Shown here one piece after another: positions 55,292 through 64,000 of a stretch of DNA of 64,000 bases (position 1 is its first letter; every line of letters begins with the position of its first letter). The translations under genes were made by a program, and so were the position numbers. The stretch is from an uncultured Candidatus Rokubacteria bacterium. Its GTDB lineage: Bacteria; Methylomirabilota; Methylomirabilia; Rokubacteriales; CSP1-6. The stretch lies in assembly GCA_963789955.1 (NCBI GenBank), contig CAWBMV010000034.1, positions 192,001 to 256,000 on the forward strand, given 5' to 3'. The notes under the pieces are model-generated. The model searched no databases. It was given only the letters and a program-made list of their open reading frames with translations, and was not told where the DNA came from.

Positions 55292-55615
55292 GCCTACCTC
55301 CTCTCCGTAATTGTGGCGAAGTTCCGGGGAGCACTTCAAGTCGATGACCTGGCGCTCTCCCTACTTCGACCTCGTCTCCGGCCTCTTCGTCCCGCGGCTC
55401 GTCACCCGGGATCCAGAGACCGGCGCCGGCGGGCCGCGGTGACGTCAGGTACGACGCACGGCCGCTTCGGACACGACTCATCGGCCTCGCGGCTGATCGG
55501 CGTGAGGCGCGGCAGGGAGGACGCAGGACAAGCGTTCTGTAGCGCGTGGCGCGCTCGAGATTCCCCGGAGACGAGCAGGCGCGCGTGACCCGGGCAGGGG
55601 AGGAAGAGAGAGCCC

Positions 55616-55632
55616 GGTTGCGCCTGGGTTGC
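55616..55632. repeat. Putative integrase arm-type site, right: GGTTGCGCCTGGGTTGC
   Basis: Exact match to 45467-45483. An extra inverted GCAACC lies at 55661. Confidence 0.7.
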
Positions 55633-55693
55633 GACTTCCTGCCGCGCTATGCCGCTTCTTGCAACCACCCGCTCTGGAACTACGCGGGGTTTC

Positions 55694-56278
55694 TCACTCC
55701 TTCGAGTAGCCGCGGTACTCCATCTGGTTGGCGATCCGGACGCGCGCGTCGGTGCCCCAGTACTTCTCGACGAGATAGAGTCCGAGATCGAGCGACGACG
55801 ACACGCCGCCGGCCGTCACGACGCGCCCCTCGTCGACCACGCGCCGATTCGTGACGACCTCGCGGCAGAGCGGCCGCAGCAGCTCCACCGCCAGATGATG
55901 CGTCGTCGCGCGCTTGTCGCGCAGATACCCCGCGCGTCCGAGCAGGAGCGCGCCGGAGCAGACCGAGGCCAGCGGCCGTTCGTCGCCCCACGTCTTCAGG
56001 TAGTCGATGGCGCGCCGGTTGTCCATCAGCGCGACGGTCCCGAGCCCACCCGCGACGTAGAGGAGGTCGAAGCCCGCGAGGTCTTCGTACACCGCGTCGG
56101 GTTTGAGCATCAGACCAGACTCGTCGACGATCTCGGCCTCGGTCCCGATGATCCGGTGGGTCACACTCGAATCGATGGACATCGCCGCGACGCGTCGCAG
56201 GGCGTCGTAGGCGCCGATCAGATCGAGGAGCGTCAGCCGCGGGAAGACGAAGAACGCGATGCGCTTCGGTGCCGCCAT
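55694..56278 (-). CDS. DJ-1/PfpI family protein (island integration target)
   Basis: Motifs LLDLIG, VAGGLG, SVCSGA, ATTH, TAGGVSSSLD and MEY. Confidence 0.9.
   Translation of the reverse strand: MAAPKRIAFFVFPRLTLLDLIGAYDALRRVAAMSIDSSVTHRIIGTEAEIVDESGLMLKPDAVYEDLAGFDLLYVAGGLGTVALMDNRRAIDYLKTWGDERPLASVCSGALLLGRAGYLRDKRATTHHLAVELLRPLCREVVTNRRVVDEGRVVTAGGVSSSLDLGLYLVEKYWGTDARVRIANQMEYRGYSKE
55703..55721. repeat. att core, right copy (inside the DJ-1/PfpI 3' end)
   Basis: Exact match to 45403-45421. Encodes EYRGYS on the minus strand. Confidence 0.88.
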
Positions 56279-56282
56279 GGCG

Positions 56283-56807
56283 TCAGCAGGGCTGGACCGA
56301 GGCCTTGTGGCGCTGCGCGAGCGCCTGGTAGCCTTCGGGATTGGCGCGCACCCAGCGCTCCGCCGGGGTGCCGGCGAGCGGACCGCGCACCTTGGCCGGC
56401 GCGCCGAGCGCGAGGGTGCCCTCGGGGATCTCGGTCTCGGGCGTCACGAGCGCGCCGGCGGCGATCATCGCGCGCGCGCCGATGCGCGCGCCGTCGAGCA
56501 CCGTCGCGCCGTTGCCGATCAGGCACTCTTCTCCGAGCCACGCCGCGTGAATCGTGCAGTTGTGGCCGACCGTCGCGCCGGCGCCGATCTCGGTCCCGCC
56601 ACGCGGCGTGACGTGCACGACCGCGCAGTCCTGGACGTTGGCGCCGCGGCGTACGACGATCGGATTGAAGTCGCCGCGGAGCACGGCGTTGTACCACACG
56701 GACGCGCGCTCCTCGATCGTCACGTCTCCGACGATCACGGCGGTGGGCGCAACGAACGCGGTGGGATGGACTCTCGGGCTCTTGCCCTCGAAGCTGAACA
56801 GTGGCAT
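56283..56807 (-). CDS. Gamma carbonic anhydrase family (YrdA/PaaY-like) hexapeptide-repeat protein
   Basis: MPLFSFEGKSP, VLRGD, NVQDCAVVH, TVGHNCTIH and LIGNGATVLDG. Confidence 0.9.
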   Translation of the reverse strand: MPLFSFEGKSPRVHPTAFVAPTAVIVGDVTIEERASVWYNAVLRGDFNPIVVRRGANVQDCAVVHVTPRGGTEIGAGATVGHNCTIHAAWLGEECLIGNGATVLDGARIGARAMIAAGALVTPETEIPEGTLALGAPAKVRGPLAGTPAERWVRANPEGYQALAQRHKASVQPC

Positions 56808-56876
56808 GGGCTGGACCCTCGCAGTATGCTCGGAGTGCCCACATCTTACTCCCACACGCCGCGACAGGAGGAGGGA

Positions 56877-57902
56877 ATGCCGTTCCCGAAGATCGCGGCC
56901 GTCGCCACTGCGACGCCGCCCCATCGCTACACGCAGTCGCAAGTCCTGACGCTCGCGGGGTATCGAGACGAGGAGCGGAGCGGGTTTTTTCGTCGCAGCG
57001 ACATCGACGGCCGCTATCTGTGGATCGATCCGGCGACGTTCCGGCCCAACGAGTCGGTCGACGAGCTCAACGACCGTTTTCGCGAGGGCGCGCTCGAGCT
57101 CGGCGAGTCGGCAGCTCGCCGGGCACTCGACCGAGCCGGCTGGAAGATCTCCGATGTGGATTTCATCGCGACGACGACGTGCACCGGGCGCCTCACGCCG
57201 AGTCTCGACGCCCGCCTGATCGCCCGGCTCGGCTGCCGCGCGGACATCCAGCGCGTCCACGTCGGCGACACCGGCTGCGCCTCCGCGATGGTGGCGCTCC
57301 AGCAAGCGTCGAACTACGTCACTGCGTTTCCCGGGCGCCGGGCGCTGGTCGTCGCGGTCGAGATCTGCTCGGCGACCTACTTCCTGGACGACCGGCTCGA
57401 GAGCGCGGTGGCCCACGCTATCTTCGCCGACGGCGCCGGCGCGCTCGCGGTGACGACCGACGGACCGGGGCCGTCGCTGGTCGCTCAGCGGACGCTGTTC
57501 CGCTCCGAGCATCTCGACGCGATGGGATTCGAGTATCCGGGCGGCCGGCCGCGCGTGGTGCTCTCCAAGGACGTGCGCCGCATCGGCGCGGTCATGATGG
57601 GCGAGATGGCGGCGATCCTGATGGGCACGCAAGGGCTCAAGCGCGAGGACATCGCGTACTGGGTCCTCCACTCCGCGGGACGACGCGTGATCGACCGCGC
57701 CCGAACCTTGCTCGAGCTCAGCGAGGAGCAAGTCAGCCACTCGCGCTCCGTGCTGCGACGCTTCGGCAACATGTCATCGGCCACGATCCTCTTCGTCCTG
57801 GAAGAAACGCTTCGCGACGAGTCTCCGGTTCCCGACGATTGGGGCGTCATGATCGGTCTGGGGCCCGGCTTCGCCGCCGAAGGAGCGCTGCTGCGGTGGT
57901 GA
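56877..57902 (+). CDS. Type III polyketide synthase (chalcone/stilbene synthase family)
   Basis: Catalytic triad Cys (TGCAS), His (LHSAG), Asn (GNMSS). Also EICS, FADGA and GLGPG. AGGAGGAGG RBS. Confidence 0.93.
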   Translation: MPFPKIAAVATATPPHRYTQSQVLTLAGYRDEERSGFFRRSDIDGRYLWIDPATFRPNESVDELNDRFREGALELGESAARRALDRAGWKISDVDFIATTTCTGRLTPSLDARLIARLGCRADIQRVHVGDTGCASAMVALQQASNYVTAFPGRRALVVAVEICSATYFLDDRLESAVAHAIFADGAGALAVTTDGPGPSLVAQRTLFRSEHLDAMGFEYPGGRPRVVLSKDVRRIGAVMMGEMAAILMGTQGLKREDIAYWVLHSAGRRVIDRARTLLELSEEQVSHSRSVLRRFGNMSSATILFVLEETLRDESPVPDDWGVMIGLGPGFAAEGALLRW

Positions 57903-57906
57903 TCCC

Positions 57907-58603
57907 GTGAAACGGGCTGACGGCGCGCGGGAGGTGCTCGACGGGGCGGTCGCGACACAAGAGCTCGCGGCCTCGCTGGCGGACATCGACCGCCTCAACA
58001 GCTGGTTCGGCGGCTACGCCCTCTCGCTGCGCGCGATCCGCCGTCTGGCGGCCGAGGTCCCGCGCGCTCGGCCGCTTCGAGTCATCGACGTCGGCGGCGG
58101 GACGGCGGCGTTCGCGGTGCGCGTGGTCCGGTGGGCGCGGCGCAGCGGTCGCGACCATCCGCGTCGTCGTCGTCGATCGCGACCCGACCTCGCTCCGGCT
58201 CGCGCGCGCGGCCGTCGCGGCGTACCCGGAGATCTCGCTGGTGTGCGGCGACGCGGCCGCGCTGCCGTGCCGCGAGCGGGCGGTCGACATCGTCACCAGC
58301 GCCCTCACGCTCCATCACCTCGAGCCGGCGCAGGCCGCCGCGGGGCTGCGCGAGATGACGGCGGCCGCGCGGATCGGGGTGGTCGTGAACGATCTGCTTC
58401 GGCGCCGGCTCTCGCTCGGCCTCGTGTGGCTCGTCACTCGTCTCCTGGGTTGCCACCCGATCTCGCGTCACGACGGCCCGCTCTCGGTGCGGCGCTCGTA
58501 TTCGCGCGACGAGCTGCGGGCGCTCGCCGAGAAGGCCGGCGCGCGGCGGCTGACGATCCGCGAGTACCCCGTGCTGGGTCGCCTGGTGGCGGTCCTGTCG
58601 TGA
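57907..58603 (+). CDS. SAM-dependent methyltransferase associated with the type III PKS; one apparent frameshift near 58155
   Basis: EVLD..LNSWFGG and IDVGGG, then in a second frame TLHHL, VNDL and HDGPLSVRRSY. Confidence 0.82.
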
Positions 58604-59802
58604 CGACCGACGTCATCGTCGTCGGCGCCGGCCCCGCGGGCGCGGCGACGGCCATTCTCATGGCCGAGCACGGGCTCTCCGTCGCGCTCCTCGATCGCGC
58701 GCGGTTTCCGCGACCGAAGATCTGCGGAGAGTACCTGAGCCCGGAAGCCCCGCGACTGCTGGATCGGCTCGGCGCGCTGAAGGCGGTCGATGCCGTCGCC
58801 AGCACCTTGAAGGGCATGCGGATCACCGCGCCCAACGGCAAGACCCTCGTCGGGACGTACCGGCCGATCGGAGCGTGGCGTCCGTATCGCGAGCACGCGA
58901 TGGCGATCACGCGCGAGGCCCTCGACGCGATCCTCGTCGACCGCGTCCGCGCGCTGCCCGTCGACTTCCGCGAGCAGACGCGCGTCACCGACCTCGTCGT
59001 GGCGGGCGGCCGCGTGCTCGGCGTCGAGGCGCTCGATGCGGACGCCCGTCGCCTGACCCTGCGCGCTCCGCTGACGATCGCCGCCGACGGCCGCGCGTCG
59101 GTCGTCGCCCAGCGACTCGGGCTTCGCCGGTCGCATCGCCTCCAGCGGATGGCGATGGTCACCTACGTCGAGGGCGTGAGCGGCCTCGGGCGTGTCGGCG
59201 AGATCTTCGTCGATCCGCCGGACTACGCGATCCTGAATCCGGTGGCGCCCGGACGCGCGAACCTCAGCGTCGTCGTGCCCCTGGCGCACGCCACGCCGTG
59301 GAGCGGCCGCCTCGACACCTTCTTCGACGCGCGCGTGAAGCATTTGCCGCACCTCGCGCGGCGCATCGCCGGGGGCCGCCGCGTCGCGCCGGTCCGCGCG
59401 ATGGGCCCGCTCGCGTACCGGGTCGACGCGCCGCGCACCGGCGGCGTGCTCATGGTCGGCGACGCCACGGGCTTCTACGATCCGTTCTCGGGCGAGGGGA
59501 TCTTCAACGGTCTGCGGAGCGCGGAGCTCGCGGTGGAGACGGCCGTGCAGGCGCTCGGTCGCGGCGACCTCTCGGTTCGCGGGCTGGCCGGATACGATCG
59601 CGCCCGCCGCCTGGCGACCCGCGACAAGGAGCGCGTGACGCACGCGCTCCAGTTCGTCATCAGCCACCGTCGGCTCGCCAACCTGGCCGCGCGGATTCTC
59701 GCGCGCCGCCCGCGTCTGCTCGACCTCCTGCTCGGTGTTCTCGGCGACTTCGTGCCGCCCCGCGCGCTCGTGAGCGGCCTGCTCGCGCGCTCGCGATTCT
59801 GA
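58600..59802 (+). CDS. FAD-dependent oxidoreductase (geranylgeranyl reductase-like)
   Basis: GTGA overlap with the methyltransferase. Motifs VVGAGPAG, RPKICGE, AADG and VGDATGFYDPFSGEG. Confidence 0.88.
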   Translation: MTTDVIVVGAGPAGAATAILMAEHGLSVALLDRARFPRPKICGEYLSPEAPRLLDRLGALKAVDAVASTLKGMRITAPNGKTLVGTYRPIGAWRPYREHAMAITREALDAILVDRVRALPVDFREQTRVTDLVVAGGRVLGVEALDADARRLTLRAPLTIAADGRASVVAQRLGLRRSHRLQRMAMVTYVEGVSGLGRVGEIFVDPPDYAILNPVAPGRANLSVVVPLAHATPWSGRLDTFFDARVKHLPHLARRIAGGRRVAPVRAMGPLAYRVDAPRTGGVLMVGDATGFYDPFSGEGIFNGLRSAELAVETAVQALGRGDLSVRGLAGYDRARRLATRDKERVTHALQFVISHRRLANLAARILARRPRLLDLLLGVLGDFVPPRALVSGLLARSRF

Positions 59803-59895
59803 CCATCCGTAGTGCGCGCTGCAGGACGTCGCGGGGCTGGGGCCCCGCCGGCCGAGGCGCGCCTCTAGACCGCCTCTAGACCAAGGAGACTCTCG

Positions 59896-60558
59896 ATGAG
59901 CCCGAGCGACAATCTGCCGCGCCGCTTCGCGCGAATCTACACGGCGGCCATCACCGACGTGATGGACGAGATGGGACTCAAGCGCCAGACCTTGCCCGCG
60001 TCCATCCAGCCGCTGTCCTCGGGAATGCGGACGGCGGGCTATGCGTTCACGGCGCGCGGGCGGTCGTACACGGGCTCACCGCGCGAGCGCGATCAGACCT
60101 TGCGGCGCTTCCTGGGCATGCTCGGCGCGGTGCCGGCGGAATCGGTGCTGGTGCTGGCCGCGCACGACAACGTCGCGGCGCACTTCGGCGAGCTCAGCGC
60201 GGCGTGGTTCCGCGCGCGCAAGGTGCGCGGCGCCGTGATCGACGGCGCGACGCGTGACGCCGCCGCGATCATGCGCATGGGGTTCCCGACCTTCGTGCGC
60301 TACCGGACGCCCCAGGATTCGGTGCCGCGCTGGCGCGTCGCCGACTGGGGCCAGCCGGTGACGATCGGCAGCGTGCGGGTGAGCCTCGGCGACGTCGTGG
60401 TGGCGGATCTGGACGGCGTCGTGATCGTCCCGCGGCGCGCCGCCCAGGAGGTGCTCCGGCGCTGCGAGAAGCTCGTGGGGACGGAGAACCGGGTGCGCTC
60501 CGCGGTGGCGCGCGGCATGACGCCGCTCGCGGCCTATCAGAAGTTCGGCAGCTTCTGA
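59896..60558 (+). CDS. RraA / HMG-CHA aldolase family protein
   Basis: Motifs FGEL, GAVIDGATRD and GDVVVADLDGVV. AAGGAG RBS. Confidence 0.88.
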   Translation: MSPSDNLPRRFARIYTAAITDVMDEMGLKRQTLPASIQPLSSGMRTAGYAFTARGRSYTGSPRERDQTLRRFLGMLGAVPAESVLVLAAHDNVAAHFGELSAAWFRARKVRGAVIDGATRDAAAIMRMGFPTFVRYRTPQDSVPRWRVADWGQPVTIGSVRVSLGDVVVADLDGVVIVPRRAAQEVLRRCEKLVGTENRVRSAVARGMTPLAAYQKFGSF

Positions 60559-60566
60559 CGCCGGGC

Positions 60567-61169
60567 TCAGCCCGAGGCGGCGACCGCGCGCGAGGCGTCG
60601 CGCACGACCTGCACCGCCGAGCGACCGAACACCGAGGCGACGAGCAGGCCGATGACGATATCGGGCCACGGCGAGCCCGTGACGGCGACCGCGCCGGCGG
60701 CGACCAGGACGGCCGCGTTGCCGATCACGTCGTTCCGCGAGCAGATCCACGCCGAGCGCATGTTGATGTCGTCGCCGCGCCGGCGCCAGAGAAGCGCCAG
60801 ACACCAGAGGTTCGCGGCGAAGGCGAGCGTGCCGACCACACCCATCACCTCGACGGTCGGCGTGACGCCGCTCGTGATCTTGAACGCCACCTGCACGAGC
60901 AGACCGATGCCGAACGCCGCCATGACGAGTCCCTTGAGCAGCGCGGCGCGCGCCTGCCAGGCGATGCCGCGACCGATGACGTAGAGACTGAAGCCGTAGA
61001 CGATGGCGTCGCCCAGCATGTCGAGGGAATCGGCGAACAGCGCCGTCGAGTGGGCCAGGACGCCGGCCACGGACTCGGTGAGGAACATCACGGCGTTGAT
61101 CAGCAGGACGATCTGGAGTGTTCGCCGCTGCTCACGCGGGATCTCTCGGACCTCACAGCACTCGTCCAT
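60567..61169 (-). CDS. Cation diffusion facilitator (CDF) family membrane transporter, short form
   Basis: N-terminal MDECC. Motifs ADSLDMLGD and NMRSAWICSRND; several TM helices. Confidence 0.85.
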   Translation of the reverse strand: MDECCEVREIPREQRRTLQIVLLINAVMFLTESVAGVLAHSTALFADSLDMLGDAIVYGFSLYVIGRGIAWQARAALLKGLVMAAFGIGLLVQVAFKITSGVTPTVEVMGVVGTLAFAANLWCLALLWRRRGDDINMRSAWICSRNDVIGNAAVLVAAGAVAVTGSPWPDIVIGLLVASVFGRSAVQVVRDASRAVAASG

Positions 61170-61194
61170 GATGTCTCGCGGTGCTTCGAGTGGG

Positions 61195-62616
61195 CTAGCG
61201 GCGACGGCGCGCGGACCGGGGGGCCGCCGCCGACTTCGCCGGCTCTTCCGGCTCGTCGCGCGCCTCGGCGCCGCTGATCTCGGGGAGCGAGGCTTCCTTC
61301 AGCGGCTTGCCGATGTGGTCGCGGATCCACTTCGCGTCCCACCACTCGAGCGGCGTGACCGACGTGCCGTTGACCAGCACCTCGTAGTGGAGGTGATCAC
61401 CCATCGCCAGACCGGTCGAGCCGGTCCGCGCGATCTCCTGACCTTTCTCGACGGCGTCGCCGACCTTCACGGTCGTGCTCGAGAGATGGGCGTAGAGCGT
61501 CTGCAGACCGAGCCCGTGGTCGATCACCACCGCGTTGCCGTAGATCGTGAGCGGCTCGGCGAACACGACCACGCCCTTGTTCGAGGCCGGCACCGGCGAC
61601 TGTCGCGTCGACGCCAGGTCGTACCCGAAATGGATCTGCCGGTCGATCTCTTTGCCGCCGTGCACGTAGCTGCGCGTCTCGGCGAAATTCGCGAACACCT
61701 TGGTGTTGCGCGCCTGCACGAACGGCCCGTGCCAGAGCGGCTTGTCGGCGGTGCTGGCGCCGATCTTCCGCTTGGTCTCCTCGGCCTGACGGCGCAGGTC
61801 GCGGTTGATCATCAAGAATCCGTCGACCAGCGAGTCGGTGGCCGGTCGCTGCGGCAGGAGCTCGGGGACCTTGGCCTGGAGGAACGCGTCCTTGATCTCG
61901 ATGGTGTCCTTCGGGAACTTGCGCGGGCGAATCTCCGCCGGGATCCCGCGCGAGGCGGCGTTGCCGGCCTCGTCGGTCGCGCGGATCTGGATCGGCGTCG
62001 CCGCGTCGTAGTCCCAGGGGAGCGCGATCAGGGCGATGCGCGCCCCCTTGTCGGCCGGGCCGAAGGCGAACGACGGGAAGGCCATCGCGCCAGCCGTGAC
62101 GTCCGTGCGCGAGGCGCCGGAGACGCGGAACGCGACCAGCCCGCTTCCGCCGGGCGAGAGGTAGTGCGTCGCGGCGAGCAGCTCGACCTTCGGCGGCGTG
62201 AGATCGATGGTGACCGGATACCCGGCGATCGCCCGGTCGTCGCGACGGATCGGCCGCCAGAAGGTGTCGCGCGCCCACACCTCGATGGTCGCGCTGCCCT
62301 CGCGGAGCCCGATCGCCGCGCTGTCGACCAGGACCGGGATCTCCACGCGGCGGCCCAGGCCGCTGTCCTTCGCGGCCACGGGCGTTGACTTGCCGGACTG
62401 TTCGATGCGGACCTCGACCCGCGCGACGTTGCCGCGCCGAGCTTCGACGACCACGGTGAACGCAGTCTTCTGGCCGATGAAGCGCGGGGCGGTCGTGAGG
62501 GACTGCACGCCGGGGACTGTCTGCCGCCAGATCAGATACGCGACGGATCCGACGACGGCCACCAGGAGGACCACGACGAGGAGCACCCAGGCCTTCGCGC
62601 GGGACCGCTTGGGCAC
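61195..62616 (-). CDS. M23 family metallopeptidase with an N-terminal membrane anchor
   Basis: Motifs HFGYD (HxxxD), [15 protein letters not shown] and HLHYE. Probable GTG start at 62616; the ORF is open to 62691. Confidence 0.88.
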   Translation of the reverse strand: MPKRSRAKAWVLLVVVLLVAVVGSVAYLIWRQTVPGVQSLTTAPRFIGQKTAFTVVVEARRGNVARVEVRIEQSGKSTPVAAKDSGLGRRVEIPVLVDSAAIGLREGSATIEVWARDTFWRPIRRDDRAIAGYPVTIDLTPPKVELLAATHYLSPGGSGLVAFRVSGASRTDVTAGAMAFPSFAFGPADKGARIALIALPWDYDAATPIQIRATDEAGNAASRGIPAEIRPRKFPKDTIEIKDAFLQAKVPELLPQRPATDSLVDGFLMINRDLRRQAEETKRKIGASTADKPLWHGPFVQARNTKVFANFAETRSYVHGGKEIDRQIHFGYDLASTRQSPVPASNKGVVVFAEPLTIYGNAVVIDHGLGLQTLYAHLSSTTVKVGDAVEKGQEIARTGSTGLAMGDHLHYEVLVNGTSVTPLEWWDAKWIRDHIGKPLKEASLPEISGAEARDEPEEPAKSAAAPRSARRRR

Positions 62617-62668
62617 GAAGCGGATGATACCATGCCGACCCGTCACGAACCTCGGAGGTGATCGCGCG

Positions 62669-63007
62669 ATGAGCCCTTTCCTGGTGGTCACGTCGGTGGC
62701 GCTGTTCGTGCTGGCGGGACTGTGCGAGATCGGCGGCGGATATCTCGTGTGGCTGTGGCTCCGCGAGGGGCGGAGCGCGCTCCTGGGGGTGCTCGGCGGC
62801 GCGATTCTCTTCGTCTACGGTGTGGTGCCGACGCTCCAGCCGGCACCGTTCGGCCGCGTCTACGCGGCATACGGCGGAGTGTTCGTCGTCCTCTCGCTTT
62901 TATGGGGCAGTGTCGTCGCGCGCGAGGCGCCCGATCGCTTCGATGTGATCGGCGGGCTCCTGTGTCTCGCGGGTGTCTCGGTCATCATGTACGCGCCGCG
63001 GAGCTGA
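62669..63007 (+). CDS. YnfA / UPF0060 family small membrane protein
   Basis: Motifs [22 protein letters not shown] and PDRFD. GGAGGTGA RBS. Confidence 0.92.
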   Translation: MSPFLVVTSVALFVLAGLCEIGGGYLVWLWLREGRSALLGVLGGAILFVYGVVPTLQPAPFGRVYAAYGGVFVVLSLLWGSVVAREAPDRFDVIGGLLCLAGVSVIMYAPRS

Positions 63008-63025
63008 CGTCGCGGACCACTGTTC

Positions 63026-63055
63026 TTGACACCCAAGGTGGGCGCTCGCTAGCAT
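63026..63055 (+). promoter_or_regulatory. Sigma70-type promoter TTGACA-N18-TAGCAT upstream of nuoL
   Basis: Perfect -35 at 63026-31 and TAnnnT -10 at 63050-55. Six nt separate it from the GTG start. Confidence 0.55.
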
Positions 63056-63061
63056 GACCCG

Positions 63062-64000
63062 GTGCCGACCTCCCTCTGGCTGATCCCCCTCTTTCCGCTC
63101 GTCGGCGCGCTGCTCAACATGATCTTCGGCCGGTTCATCGGCCGTCACGCGCACTGGATCGCGGTGCCGGCGCTGGCCGGCTCGTTCATCGCCTCGTGCG
63201 TGCTGTTCTCGCGCGTCACCTCCGGTGAGGCGTTCACCGCGACGCTTTTCCGCTGGGTCGGCGCGGGCGACTTCGAGACGTCGGTGGCCGCGTACGTCGA
63301 CCCGCTCACCGGCATCATGCTGCTGGTCGTGACGGGCGTCGGCATGCTCATTCATCTGTACTCGATCGGCTACATGCACGACGACCCGGGTTACCCGCGG
63401 TACTTCGCCTACCTGAACCTCTTCGTGTTCTCGATGACGATGCTGGTGCTCGCCGGCAACTTCCTGCTGCTCTACGTCTTCTGGGAGGCGGTCGGTCTCT
63501 GCTCGTACCTCCTGATCGGCTTCTGGTACACGCGGCCGGCGGCGTCGCAGGCGGGCAAGAAGGCGTTCATCGTCAACCGCGTCGGCGACTTCGGCTTCGG
63601 GCTCGGCATCATGTGGCTGTGGAGCGCGGTCGGCACGCTCGACTACGACGCGGCGTTCGCGGCGATCGGCGGCCTGCCGCCGAGCACCGCGACCGGCATC
63701 GCGCTGCTCCTGTTCATGGGCGCCTGCGGCAAGTCGGCGCAGCTGCCGCTGCACACGTGGCTGCCCGACGCGATGGAAGGACCGACGCCGGTGTCGGCGC
63801 TCATTCACGCGGCGACGATGGTGACGGCCGGGGTCTACATGGTCGCGCGCAGCCGCGTGATCTTCGAGCACTCGCCGGTCGCGCTCGAGGTGGTCGCGTG
63901 GATCGGCGTGGCCACCGCGCTCTTCGCGGCCTCGATCGGTCTCGTGCAGACCGACATCAAGCGCGTGCTCGCGTACTCCACGGTGAGCCAGCTCGGCTAC
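63062..64000 (+). CDS. nuoL: NADH-quinone oxidoreductase subunit L, truncated at window edge
   Basis: LWLIPLFPL, YSIGYMHDDPGYPRYFAYLNLF, WEAVGLCSYLLIGFW, KAFIVNRVGD, GKSAQLPLHTWLPDAMEGPTPVSALIHAATMV and DIKRVLAYST. Confidence 0.92.
   Translation, partial: MPTSLWLIPLFPLVGALLNMIFGRFIGRHAHWIAVPALAGSFIASCVLFSRVTSGEAFTATLFRWVGAGDFETSVAAYVDPLTGIMLLVVTGVGMLIHLYSIGYMHDDPGYPRYFAYLNLFVFSMTMLVLAGNFLLLYVFWEAVGLCSYLLIGFWYTRPAASQAGKKAFIVNRVGDFGFGLGIMWLWSAVGTLDYDAAFAAIGGLPPSTATGIALLLFMGACGKSAQLPLHTWLPDAMEGPTPVSALIHAATMVTAGVYMVARSRVIFEHSPVALEVVAWIGVATALFAASIGLVQTDIKRVLAYSTVSQLGY

Larger units (their letters stand above)
45403..55721. mobile_element. ~10.3-kb integrative genomic island (tyrosine-recombinase type, decayed) inserted in the 3' end of a DJ-1/PfpI gene
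   Basis: Identical 19-bp direct repeats at both ends and identical 17-bp internal motifs near both ends. An integrase remnant abuts the left repeat. The displaced gene 3' end EYRGYSPA* lies at the left end. Confidence 0.88.

Noticed and set aside
55340..55700. tRNA or tmRNA as the island integration site
   Set aside because: No cloverleaf or T-loop motif was seen; the duplicated core lies in the DJ-1/PfpI coding sequence.
57907..59802. 631-aa methyltransferase-oxidoreductase fusion in the ORF track
   Set aside because: Produced by a frameshift near 58155. The methyltransferase ends at 58603 and overlaps the oxidoreductase GTG.

Overview
This is very GC-rich bacterial DNA with many single-base indels that look like long-read assembly errors. 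The gene content is compatible with a soil bacterium such as Rokubacteria, but that is an unverified inference. (1) 1-35.6 kb, minus strand: the 5' part of a modular NRPS/type I PKS cluster. It runs TEII, Sfp-type PPTase, an alpha-keto-acid-type A-KR-T loading protein, then five one-module cis-AT PKSs: M1 KS-AT-DH-cMT-ER-KR-ACP, M2 KS-AT-cMT-ACP, M3 KS-AT-DH-cMT-ER-KR-ACP, M4 KS-AT-DH-cMT-KR-ACP, and M5 KS-AT-DH cut by the window edge. (2) 35.8-45.3 kb: ordinary metabolic and transport genes plus a 4-copy 43-bp hairpin repeat. (3) 45403-55721: a ~10.3-kb integrative island bounded by identical 19-bp att-like repeats and inserted in the 3' end of a DJ-1/PfpI gene. It has identical 17-bp arm-like sites, a decayed tyrosine integrase, an IS3 remnant, an HNH-like gene and an operon of carrier protein, acyl-CoA dehydrogenase, SerRS-like amino acid:carrier protein ligase/DUF1839, GH2 and a double alpha/beta hydrolase. 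(4) 55.7-64 kb: DJ-1/PfpI, gamma-CA-like protein, a type III PKS/methyltransferase/FAD oxidoreductase trio, RraA-like protein, CDF transporter, M23 peptidase, YnfA and the start of nuoL. No rRNA, tRNA or CRISPR array was recognised.
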